This document shows positions 13,358 through 25,060 of a stretch of 47,537 bases of DNA, one piece after another. The stretch covers positions 1-47,537 of the forward strand of contig NW_021834860.1 in the NCBI RefSeq assembly GCF_006345805.1, written 5' to 3'. The position numbers were made by a program, and so were the translations under genes. The notes below the pieces were generated by a model that saw nothing but the letters and a program-made list of their open reading frames with translations, made no database searches and was not told the DNA's origin. Source of the DNA: Octopus sinensis. Its lineage: Eukaryota. Within the stretch, counting starts at the first letter, position 1. The number at the start of each line of letters is the position of its first letter.

Positions 13358-13655
13358 GTCCCTTCTCGAGCCACGCCTGGCACATAATGGTCGATTTCCC
13401 AGTTTCCATGGCGTATAGGTTCCCCACCTGGACGGGATGCTGGTCCGTCGCAGGTGAGCTGCAAGATGCAGGAGGAAAGAATGAGAGAAAGCTGTGGCGA
13501 AAGAGGCAGTAGAAGTTCGCCATTACCTTCTGCGGGAGCCGCGTGGAGCTTAGGTGTTTCGCCCATAAACACACACATCGCCCGGTCTGAGATTCGAACC
13601 TGCGATCCCTCGACCGCGAGTCCGCTGCTCTAACCATTAGGCCATGTGCCTCAAC
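13358..13655 (-). mobile_element. tRNA(Arg)-like-headed SINE (family R)
   Basis: Head GAGGCACATGGCCTAATGGTTAGAGCAGCGGACTCGCGGTCG...GGTTCGAATCTC has Pol III A and B boxes; shared body with the 19462 and 21118 copies. Confidence 0.85.
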
Positions 13656-13711
13656 AAACCATATAATGAGTATATGGTAAACGATTCTGAAGATACAGAA
13701 AAAAAAAAAGC

Positions 13712-14172
13712 GTGACTGTGTGGTAAGAAGCTTGCTTCCCAACCACATGGTTCCAGGTTCAGTCCCACTACGTGGCACATTGGGAAAATGTTTTCTATTA
13801 TAGCCACGGGCCGACCGAAGCCTTGTAAGTGGATTTGATAGACAGAAACTGAAAGAAGTCTGTCGTATACACACACACACACGCACACACACACACACAC
13901 ACATATATATACATGTGTGTGTGTATGTGTTTGTATGTGTGTGTGTGTATGTATATATATATGTATTTATGTGTGTGTGTTTGTGTTTGTCCCCCACCCC
14001 AACCATCGCTTGACAGCCAATACTGGTGTGTTTTATGTCCCCGTAACTTAGCAGTTCGTCAAAACAGACCGATAGAATAAGTACTACACCTACACATAAT
14101 CGACTAAAACCCTTTATGGCGATGCTCTAGTATGGCCGCAGTCAACTAACTGAAGCAAGTAAAAGAATGAAA
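13712..14172 (+). mobile_element. Family B SINE, complete copy with expanded internal (CA)/(TG) tract
   Basis: Same head and tail as 6297-6660; internal microsatellite 13866-13990. Confidence 0.85.
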
Positions 14173-14608
14173 GAATATAAAAAAACCTCATCTTTAATGT
14201 AAGAGGAATATTCCAAAGGGACTTCTTCCCTTTACTATTTTTCATTCTGGCGCTGCCATTTCTAGCCAACATGTTGAAGAAGACTTGATTCAGACACAAA
14301 TGCTTTTAGGAAGCAATTATATGTCTTTTGTAGATGGACGATCGCAGGCTGTACACTTCCGATAATGACAACTAGAAGTATTGTTATGGGAGAGGAAGGG
14401 GAGGTAAACGAAGTCTTTCGCTCTGAAGGTCCCTTTTTAATGTGTGGAGCTAGGATTTTGAAAGACAAGGATGAATTGGTTTGTTTTTGTATGATGTTGA
14501 TTAAGATTTTATGTCTAGTAAGTTTGAGGTCGCGTGCGTGGTTAATGAGTGGTGGATAGAGTGGATTATACAGGTCGTAGTATTATGGGGGCGGTTGTAA
14601 GGGTGTTG

Positions 14609-14641
<33 letters not shown>

Positions 14642-14689
14642 ATGTTGGTAGTGGTGTTAAATGGAGAAATAGGCATTTGAAGCAGAACA

Positions 14690-15110
14690 CATACATCAAC
14701 TTAGCATTCGAACACCTTAACAATACCGAAGAATATATCAATGTCACAGATATCATGCGAACCCTCATGGAGGATATAATCAACATCACTCGGATCAATA
14801 CCTGCAACCACCGAAGATAGAAGACTCACTTCTTAGCATAAAATCAACTTCACTAGAAATGGCAGACTTCTCACATTCCCATATTTTGGTTCTCATTAAA
14901 ACATAAATATAGACACATATTTAACGGAGTAAGATTCCTATGCATAATTTCCTGGTTCCTCTTTCAGAATCTAAAGCCTATACACATAGCCTTTTCTAGG
15001 GACGTCAGTAGTTCTGTGGAGTTCATCAACTCGACCCCGAGATACTAAAACGCCTTCAGGCTCGACGTCACCACCCTTTACATCGCAGTATCTGCCTTTC
15101 CTTTCAGCCA
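14690..15110 (+). mobile_element. Penelope-like reverse transcriptase fragment
   Basis: HIPIFWFSLKHK (cf. R.P.FY.LPKIHK) and RDVSSSVEF...RLDVTTLY (cf. KDT..F...LDV.SLY). Confidence 0.65.
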
Positions 15111-15399
15111 ACAACCTAATGCCCGACTGCATTGTCTCATTTAACATCCATTGTTTCGGCCTTATCATTTGTGACGTACATCAACTGTTGTCCATCACCG
15201 ACAACATTTTAGTTTCAACTAATGTATATCTATGTATATAAAACAAGTATTTATTGACATATTTTGTAATTTAAGAAAACAGTTCTAATCTAGCAAAAAC
15301 CTAATGTATTTTGATAAAAGTCTGCGCCTATGTTCCCGATAAGTTTATAAAATTATTCTATGAATCCACTTTTAGTTACGATGACTGTCTATATGTGGG

Positions 15400-16230
15400 G
15401 TCAATGCCTGCGCTATATGATCTTTATTTATTCGAAACGCACCTGCACACTAGCCGCTTTTAGTGAAGTTATGGTTTTATGTGAACACTGATTTGTCTCC
15501 CTTACAATAAACCCGCAAACACGAGTAGTCCATGCGATTTAAATCTGGCGAGTTTGGAGGCTACAAGTTTGGAGTTACATGATCATAAATGTTGTCTGAC
15601 AATCATTCTTGGATTACACAGGTTTTGTGAGATGGTTCTGAGTCTTGTTTAAACACGAATGGTATTCCATTTCGCACTCAACCATCCAGGACATAACAAA
15701 TGTCTCTGGCAGCATTGATTCTAAGACCCCGTGGAAAGATGTGAGGTGGCATGACCTTTGTTACTCAACACTCCTAAAATCATCATAGTTGCTGGAAACT
15801 TAGTGCACATCACTCTGGGAACATCGGAACGATCTGCACATATCTGTCATTTTTTCTGCTAGACTTTTGGTCTTGGTCTAAGTTTTTCTCAACTGTGAAG
15901 AATTAAAGCATGCCATGTTCGTGAGAGATTTTAATTTTGTAACCACTTGGCACGGATTAAACGGTTTTCCTATGTCTTTATTCCCCTCTACTCAGGACAT
16001 AAAACTCGTATAGGATGTCTTCGTGTACAACAGTTCAGATAGTCCACTCCGACACTTGAAGCTCTTTGGCGATAATGTTTTGGAAACGTTGAATGAATTG
16101 CGATGTCCAATTCTTTTATTCTTTGATACCGTTGAAGCATTCCCGCCAGAGACTTCCAAGTCTATCAGAACTTTGTGTACAAATGAATTTTGCAACATTT
16201 AAAAGTTGGCAATTTTAAAATTCTGCACAT
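15400..16230 (-). mobile_element. DD37D (maT-type) Tc1/mariner transposase remnant
   Basis: Minus frame FVFKQDSEPSHK...PPNSPDLNRMDY. The GAC codons at 15642-15644 and 15528-15530 are 37 residues apart. An N-terminal fragment (SFVHKVLIDLEVSGG) lies at 15992-16198. TIRs not identified. Confidence 0.8.
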
Positions 16231-16669
16231 TTAACAACAATAACCACATGTTCTTTCACTATCTCCGTTAGCATTTTATCTGTAATGGGGGATCTGAAAT
16301 AAATAAATACCTTTTAATTGATTTGAAGGGAACATTATACCGATAATTGAGTGCCCTCAAATACTTCACGCGCCCTATATAAGAGACAAACAGCGTCTAA
16401 TGGGTACAAGTAACTGCAAGAAATATGTCTCGTTACATTTCTAGGGTGAAGAGTTTGTAGGTTTTTGAGACGATCAGTACTTCACATTAATTTGCAGATT
16501 CATTCCTGAGTTGGGGAATGATGGTATGGTGCAATGTATATAGAAGAATTCATTCATTTGTGTAGTCACAACACAATAGATATTTTGAGATTTTTTTTTC
16601 TCTCAGAGAGCCTTAATGAACATTTTATGCTTAAGATTCCGAGTAGTTAAGGAATGAGTCAACTTCACA

Positions 16670-16693
16670 CACATACATACGTATATATATATG

Positions 16694-16725
<32 letters not shown>

Positions 16726-16736
16726 ATAATATATAT

Positions 16737-16786
<50 letters not shown>

Positions 16787-17105
16787 CATACATATGTATA
16801 TATGTATGAGCACACGTACATATATACGCGCGCGCACACACACATATATACATACATGCATACATGTTTGTATACGTATGTGTAAATATATGCGAACAAC
16901 CATCGGTCTTCGTGGCATTGTGCATGTTATGCGTCTCGTCGTCTCTAATGGAATCCATTGCATTTGTAGTAAGACCATCGTTTGCCTTCCCTCCATGCTG
17001 TAGGTAGTTTTAAGACACCAAGAATTTATCTGTATGATATTAAGAATACCTTTCTTCGTTTTTGTTGGTATCCACATTCATGGCACTGGCCAATCAGCTA
17101 TATAC

Positions 17106-17203
<98 letters not shown>

Positions 17204-17223
17204 CATACACATACATACACACA

Positions 17224-17309
<86 letters not shown>

Positions 17310-17792
17310 ATGTATGTTGTTTGCATATGCTATATGTATGTATGTGTGCGTGCACATATATGTATAATACATATACGTGAGTGTGTATATATATGTGTGT
17401 ATGTATGCATGTGTGTATGTATGTGTATGTATGTATGAATATATGTGTGTATGTGTGTATTGTCACGTGTGGATGTGTGTGTATTGTCACGTGTGGATGT
17501 GTGTGTGTGTGTGTGTGTGTGAGAGTTGAGTGGTCTGTTTGTTGGAGCTGAAACTTCACAGCTAATTTCATGCCAAGTTTGCATTCTTGGGAATTAAACA
17601 CAGAATATATATTTTTTCTCTGCAACAGTAGCAGCGGTAGCAGCAGGGGCAGCAGCAAAATCTTCAAGAAGAAGAAGAAGAAAAAGAAGAAGAACAACAA
17701 CGACAACAATAAAGAAAAGGACAAAAACAATTATTATTACAATATTAACAGAACCCTGAAATCCTCCTCCTCTAGCAACAACAACAACAACA

Positions 17793-17864
<72 letters not shown>

Positions 17865-17935
17865 TCTGCTGCTGCTGCTACTACTACTGCTGCTGCTACT
17901 CCTACTCCTACTGCGGCTGCTGCTGCTACTGCTAT

Positions 17936-17975
<40 letters not shown>

Positions 17976-18000
17976 GCTACTAGTACTACAATGACAGCAG
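16670..18000. repeat. (TA)n/(TG)n tracts and a (CTA)n(CTG)n mosaic
   Basis: Directly visible. Confidence 0.95.
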
Positions 18001-18388
18001 CGATAATGGTTTCAAGTTTTGGCACAAGGCCAGTAATTCTAGGGCTTGTGGGGGCGGGGGTAATCGATTACATCGTCCCCAGTACTCGACTGGTACTTAT
18101 TTTATCGACCCCACCCCCGAAAGGATTAAAGGCAAAGTCGACCTCGGCGAAATTTGAACTCAGAATGTAAAGTAGCGAAAGAAATTCTTCTAAGAATTTT
18201 GTTCTATGCGTTGATAAATCTCCCAACTCGATGCCTTTAATGGTAATAATAATGGTTTCAATAATGTTGGCACAAGAGCATCAGTTTTTGAGGGGAGGGG
18301 AATCGATTATATCGAAGTCCCCCCTCCCAGTACAACCCCAAAAAGATGAGAGGCAAAGTCGACCTGGACGGAATTTGAACTCAGAACG

Positions 18389-18611
18389 TACGACGAGGTG
18401 CTGAAAAGTTACCGGTTTTGAGTAAAAGAAAATACAGGAAATATCCGTTAATTATGATTTTATTCAACATATTCCCCTTTCAGATTCACAGACTTATTGC
18501 AGCGATCCTTCAGTTTTTCTAAGCCCTGTAAAAGAACTCGGACGGTTGGGCCTTCAACCAGGTCTTTGGCGATACCCTTAATGCCAGGAACTTTTCAACA
18601 CATCCCGAATA
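18389..18611. mobile_element. ~220-bp mariner-type MITE, copy 1
   Basis: Ends resemble GAGGTGCTGAAAAGTT / AACTTTTCAACAC; near-identical body to 18731-18951 and 27505-27721. Confidence 0.8.
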
Positions 18612-18657
18612 TATACATACATTCATGCATACATACATACATACATACATACATACA

Positions 18658-18688
<31 letters not shown>

Positions 18689-18730
18689 GTACACACACCA
18701 CACCCACTCACCCACACACCCACATGTATA

Positions 18731-18951
18731 TACAAGAGGGTCCTGAAAGTTCCCGGTTTTGAGTAAAAGAAATGCAGGCGGATCAGTTAATTATGACTTT
18801 ATTCAACATATTCCCCCCTCAGATTCATACATTTATTGCAATTGGTCCTTTAGTTTTTCTAAGCCCTGTAAAAAAAAAACTCGGAAGGTTGGGCCTCCAG
18901 CCAGGCCTTTCGCAACACCCTTAAAGCCAGGAACTTTTCAACACCCCTTCG
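18731..18951. mobile_element. ~220-bp mariner-type MITE, copy 2
   Basis: Same family as 18389-18611, same orientation, separated from it by a (TACA)/(CA) microsatellite. Confidence 0.8.
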
Positions 18952-19461
18952 CAAAGACGGACGAAATGCTGCCAAGTGTTTTGTCAGGTGTGCTAACGAT
19001 TCTGCTAGCCTGCCACCTTACAGACAGTAATAATCCTTTCTACAAAACGCACGAGGCCTGAAATTTGGTGGGAGAGGACAAGTGGATTACATCGACCCCA
19101 GTGCGTAACTGGTACTTAATTTATCGACCTCAAAAGGATGAAAGGCAAAGTCAACCTCGGCGGAACTTGAACTCAGAGCACTAAGCATTTCGCCTGGGCG
19201 TGCTAACGATTCTGCCAACTCGTCGCCTTATTAATGACAGTATTAACCTTCCTGCTAAAGTGACAAGGCCTGGAATTTGGGGTGGGGGCGGGGATTAGTT
19301 GATTATATCGACTCCAGCGTTTCATTGGTACTTAACTTATCGACCCACGAAAGGATGAAAGGTAAAGTCGACCTCCGTAGATTAATGACAGTAATAACAA
19401 TAAGAAAAAACTTCACGGTGGGCAACAACAACGACGATGACGACAATGACGACAACAGCAG

Positions 19462-19640
19462 TGGAGGCGCAATGGCTCAGTGGTTAGGGCAGCGGACTCG
19501 TGGTCGTAAGAACGCGGTTTCGATTCCCAGCCCGGGCATTGTGAGTGTTTATTGAACAAAAACACTTAAGCTCCACGAGGCTCGGGGGGGGGGGGGGGGT
19601 TGAATCCCGCTGTACTCTTTCACCACAACTTTCTCTCACT
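19462..19640 (+). mobile_element. Family R SINE head and body
   Basis: A box TGGCTCAGTGG and B box GTTTCGATTCC. Confidence 0.8.
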
Positions 19641-21117
19641 CTTTCTTCTTACTTCTGCCACAAAGCAGAGGAACCATGGTGTAACCCACTATGGTGTGGT
19701 AAACTGTCAGACCCTAGTCTAGATTGCGAATCCTCTGTACCACAGGATGGTTCAGCTCGCCACCCGTTAAAAGCCACAGTTTACGGAATGAGGATAACAA
19801 CATAGATTTCGCGCCCGTACAGCCACCAGTCTATCGCGTGTGGTGGGTGGATCTTCAAGTTGCCGCACGCATCCTTAGTAGCTTAGAGTAGGCTCGAATT
19901 AGAGATAATTTTTTGTGGCTAATGGCGTGAGTCCTGACTGGAACAAGAAGAAGAACAACAACAACAGCGACGAAGACAACGATGACAAGTTCATACATGT
20001 CAAATACAATAACACCATCAAGAATAACAACAACAACTACAATTACAGTAAAAACAGCAACTCGTACATCAACAACATTAAGAACCTGTCCCAAACCTGT
20101 TGTCTTAAATAATGAATTGAACATCGCACAATGTGAACCTACAGACCTCTAAAAAGAGGTGATGGTCACGGATGAATAGCTTTGATCATTGATCTGCTCG
20201 ATCAGTATTGACCTGGTGTTCAACAACAACAACAGCAGTAGCAGCAGCAACAACAACAACAGTGACTGTATTTGATATAATAACCTCAAAATACATTGTT
20301 AACAACAGTAACGAATAATAGTAGCGATGACGATAATGATGATGATGATGATGATGATGATGACGATGATGATCATCGTCATCAGCATCATTATCATCAT
20401 CATTAACATCATCATTATCCTTATCATTATCATTAACTACAATAACAGTAACAATAACGCCACCACTATGACAGAAAACCACACACAAACACACACACAC
20501 ACACACACACACACAGCACACACAACACACTCACACATTCACACATTCTCCCATTCTCATGCAAAAGAATTACTTTGAGAACATAAACGAAGCAGTGATT
20601 TGGGTTAATTGTTAGAGTGGCAGACAACATACTCTGTAGTATTTAGTTACTTTCCATTACGTTCAGTGTTCAAATCCTGCCGTAGTCAATTTTTTTTCTT
20701 TCAGTTTTTTGGGCCTGGTCAAATAAAATACCAAATATTGGAGTTGATTCCTATACTATATTCAAGATATGAATGGAATTCTAATAGGAAAGAATACAAG
20801 AATAACTACGAAATTTAAAAAAAAAGAATGACTATTTCACAACGAGCTAACGATGGGTGAGTCTCCGCGTTGTTACCAGGCCTGCAAAAATAACAGCTAG
20901 ATCTCTTTCAAATCAGCCTTGCTGAGACTCCCTTCGATCATGAATACGATTCTTTCTTCTCGGTAGTCATGCATTTATAACGAGGACCCATTGAAACGTT
21001 CTATAATAGAATACACGAAATAAATTTAGCAAGAAAAAGAAAAACATTAGTTGATAATTATACATAGAGTTCCATAAAAATTGAGAAGAATAACGAAGAA
21101 AGCTTTTTTTTACTAAC

Positions 21118-21660
21118 GTCGCCCTTTTCAAGCCTAGCCAGGCTCATGGGCCAGGTTTCCCGGTTTCTGTGGCGTACGTGTTCCTCCAGCTGGACGGGAC
21201 GCTAGTCCATTGCAGCGATACTCAAGAAACAGGAGAGAAAGTTGTGGCGAAAGAGTACGACAGGGGTTGCCACCACCCACTACCGGAGCCTAGTGGGTCT
21301 TTTATAGGTGTTTTCGCTCAGTAAACACACACAACACTCGGTCTGGGAATCGAAACCGCGATCCTCTGACCGCGCGTCCGCTGCCCTAACCACTGGGCCA
21401 TTGCACCTCCACAAATAAATGCGCCCTTTTTAAAGCCTAGCCAGGCTCATGGGCCCGGTTTTCCGGTTTCTATGGCGTATGTTTTCCCCAACTGGACGGG
21501 ACGCTAGTCCATTGCAGCGTTACTCATTTTTGCCAACCGAGTGGACTGGAGCAACGTGAAATGAAGTGTTTTGCTCAAGAACACAACGCGTCGCCCGGTC
21601 CAGGAATGGAAATCACAATCTTACGATCATGGTGCTAACCACTAAGCCACGCGCCTCCAC
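21118..21660 (-). mobile_element. Two adjacent tRNA-headed SINEs with a shared tail (21118-21412 and 21421-21660)
   Basis: Both have the tail GCCCTTTT.AAGCCTAGCCAGGCTCATGGGCC and tRNA-like heads; the second has a CORE-like TTCTTGAGCAAAACACTT. Confidence 0.85.
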
Positions 21661-22084
21661 TCTTTACTAATTTCAAAATATAATTAAAAAACCAACATTC
21701 AGATACATAGAAGCGCCACACGCGAAATGAATCATGCTATTTGCCTGAATACAACTGTCGATATAACTTTTAAAACAAGTATTGGCGATTTGCATCGGTA
21801 TTCTCACTATCCGTTGCGACCTACGGTATAAAAATACTACAGCATATCATAACCATTGCTTCCATCTGATGACGAGACCAGGAACGTCTCTCAAACGTTA
21901 GTGGACTTATTGTCCCAAACTAACCACAAAGAACTAATAGGGAACATATCAAAAGATTAATCTTGGACGTATTCGTGTCATTGAGTATGCCATTTTATAC
22001 TTGAGTCAGGGAGACTCTTTATTCATAACATTCGCTCTCAATATATTCATTTATATAATTACTTCTTTCTAGAAAAGTCTATTT

Positions 22085-22124
22085 CATACTATCCACTACA
22101 ACCACCACCACTACTACCACCACC

Positions 22125-22191
<67 letters not shown>

Positions 22192-22345
22192 ATGCTGCTG
22201 CTCTTGCTGCTCTTGCTGCTGCTGTTGACGCTATTGCTACTGCTGTTTCTGCTGTTGCTGCTGCTACTATTACTACTACAACTACAACTACTAATATTAC
22301 CACCACAATTCGTACTACTACTATTTCCTTCACTATCACCACCAT

Positions 22346-22402
<57 letters not shown>

Positions 22403-22405
22403 ATC
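22085..22405. repeat. (CTA)n/(CCA)n/(CTG)n triplet mosaic
   Basis: Directly visible. Confidence 0.95.
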
Positions 22406-23102
22406 AAAAGGGTGGAAGAGTGTAAATAAAAAGAACCAGAACTCAGTGGAAAAACACAAGAGAAAAGGAACAGTTCTTTAAGAACACGAATATCGTGTCT
22501 TGAGTATCGTTTGATTAAATCGTTGTAATTTATTCATTTCAAAGGGAATGGTGAGTATAAAAAATATATATACATTCGTGGGTATTCAAAAACAAAGAAA
22601 AAAATTTGTAAAAAACCCTCCCTCGAAATAACAACAACAAAAACAATAACAACTGTCGAAAGAACACAAAGGAATTCCCAACAACAACAACAACAACAAC
22701 AACTATATCAACAGCAAATTCCGAAAGAAATAATTCTTCAAGAGTTCATTCTTTATTATGTCATGATTTCCAGATTACAAGAACTGTTAGCAATATAGAG
22801 AAACCATATAACATACAGACGCGCACATACATTCATACACACACATACGCATTCAGACACACGCACATATGTATACATCCAACATTCGCTAAAAGCACAT
22901 ATACACACGCACATGTAACAAAGATTTTCGGCGTCTATTGTTATATAACTTCGCGTCGATTCCAGTAAAATTCTTTGGTCCAATACCATTATCATCATAC
23001 CGACGAACTTTTAAAGGTATTTTAGTTCGCTTTCAGGTGTGTCTGTATGTGAGTGTTATATAAAGGTTAGTATGCATGTGTGTACGCGTGCACGTGGGTG
23101 TG

Positions 23103-23151
<49 letters not shown>

Positions 23152-24129
23152 CTGTGTCTGTGGAAGCGGATGATGGACTAGTTGAAAGGGTACCAGTGAA
23201 TTAAATTGGAAGGAAAATGGTTCGTATTATGCCTGCGATGTTACGCTGATGAGAATTCAGTGTGAATGAAACAGTTGCACTATTGCAAAAAAAAAAAAAA
23301 ACCCAAAACCGTAAAACTAACGTTTCCAGTTTTCGAGCCACGTTTACATCCAACACGTCCAATGTCCAGTTCTTATTGTGTGTTGAAAAAAGTTGGTTGC
23401 AACTAGTGTCATCTGTAAGTCAATAAGTGTGCAGCTATTCTAATAATTAAGCATAGGACTTCATTTACTTAATGACTCGGATTACTCATGGGAGAAATTG
23501 CTGTGGATATGATCATTTTCATGATTGTAACAGAATGAACTCTGATAAATGACTCCAAAGTGCTAAGTGAAACGAAGCCATCATATTCAAACATTTAATA
23601 ACATAGAGATCACTATAAGCTGAAGTTGGCTTCCTTACCTATGCAACAGCTTGGGTCACAACTCATGTTGCACCGGTTTCAACTTAAAAGAGCTATTTAC
23701 GTATCATAGTTAATGTATATACATCGTTGACAGGTACGTTACTACTGTGTTCGACCAGTGACAACATCTCTTATGAAGGTGTTGTGATAAAAGATGCAAT
23801 ACATGTCAGGAGGAAACGAAAAATCGCCCCGGCAAGTGGCTTGTGAGAATGTTAGATTCATTTCAGCCTAGTTGGGTATTATAAATGACGTGTTCTCACA
23901 ACCAGCCTAATTCTTAGACGAGAATTATTGCTTCCGTTACTGGAAACAGTTAATAATGTATTTAATAATATTGCGAATAGCTGCCCGGCTGAATTAAAAT
24001 CCGGCATATGCAACTGAAGCAATTTAAAATTCATATTGTCATCTATGTAACATACTTACCTCTATGTACATCGTTGAGAAGCAAGTTACTACGGTAGTCG
24101 TTCAGAGATAACATTTCTCTTTTAATGTC

Positions 24130-24292
24130 GCTGTGTGGTAAGAAGTTTGCTTCCCGATCACATGGTTCGGGTTCTGTCTCAATGCATAGCACTTTTGGCA
24201 ACTGTCTTCAACTATAGCCTAGGGCTGACCAAAGCCTTGTTAGTGGAGTGGGTAGACGGAAACAAACTGAAAGGAGTTCGTCGTATATATGT
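24130..24292 (+). mobile_element. Family B SINE head leading into the microsatellite that hosts the hammerhead units
   Basis: GTGTGGTAAGAAGTTTGCTTCCCG...CCAAAGCCTTGTTAGTGG...GAAACAAACTGAAAGGAGTTCGTCGTATAT. Confidence 0.8.
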
Positions 24293-24342
24293 ATGTATGT
24301 TATGTAGTATGTATGTATGTATGTATGTATTATGTATATATA

Positions 24343-24433
<91 letters not shown>

Positions 24434-24557
24434 TATTATAATATATATATATATATATAATATAAAATATTATTAGAGACAAAACCACTATTTTGCAAAA
24501 CAAACAAGGAAAGACTTAATCAATACATAAAATTTTAATAAATAGTCAAAAAAACCG

Positions 24558-24600
24558 CCACTACAATTGTTTCTTGTCTTGATCGACAATCTTCAGGTGG
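24558..24600 (-). ncRNA. Type I hammerhead ribozyme motif, copy 1
   Basis: Minus strand reads CCAC-CUGAAGA-UUGUC(GAUCAA)GACAA-GAAA-CAAUUG-UA-GUGG. It has an intact CUGANGA and GAAA core, 5-bp stem II, 4-bp stem I (CCAC/GUGG), palindromic stem III (ACAAUUGU) and a GUA cleavage triplet (cut between 24562 and 24561). Activity untested. Confidence 0.8.
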
Positions 24601-24833
24601 ACTTCCAATAAGTCAGTTTCAAATTATTTTGACTATTTATTAAAATTTTATGTATTGATTAAGTCTTTCCTTGTTTGTTTTGCAAAATAGTGGTTTTGTC
24701 TCTAATAATATTTTATAATATTTTACTATAAAATTGGATTTAATCCTAAATCTGATTTTTCCCTGTAAATTTGGATTTATTCCCTAATATTTATTATTTA
24801 TATATATATATAGATATATATATATATATATAT

Positions 24834-24930
<97 letters not shown>

Positions 24931-25017
24931 TATTAGAGACAAAACCACTATTTTGCAAAACAAACAAGGAAAGACTTAATCAATACATAAAATTTTAATA
25001 AATAGTCAAAAAAACCG

Positions 25018-25060
25018 CCACTACAATTGTTTCTTGTCTTGATCGACACTCTTCAGGTGG
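25018..25060 (-). ncRNA. Type I hammerhead ribozyme motif, copy 2
   Basis: Same core 460 bp away: CCAC-CUGAAGA-GUGUC(GAUCAA)GACAA-GAAA-CAAUUG-UA-GUGG. One substitution leaves the first stem II position as a G-A mismatch. Confidence 0.72.

Larger units (their letters stand above)
18010..19380 (-). mobile_element. Head-to-tail stack of four family A SINEs (the second is interrupted by MITEs)
   Basis: Repeated GGCACAAG...ATCGAC...AAAGTCGACCTCGGCG.AATTTGAACTCAGA units at about 18010-18240, 18260-18390 plus 18952-19020, 19030-19230 and 19245-19380. Confidence 0.85.

Noticed and set aside
19462-19535. tRNA-like sequences (also at 13580-13655 and 21340-21412)
   Set aside because: SINE heads with A/B boxes but no complete cloverleaf, continuing into shared SINE bodies; not tRNA genes.
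22920-23030. CpG-containing unique segment open on both strands
   Set aside because: No recognisable domain or coherent splice-site pair.
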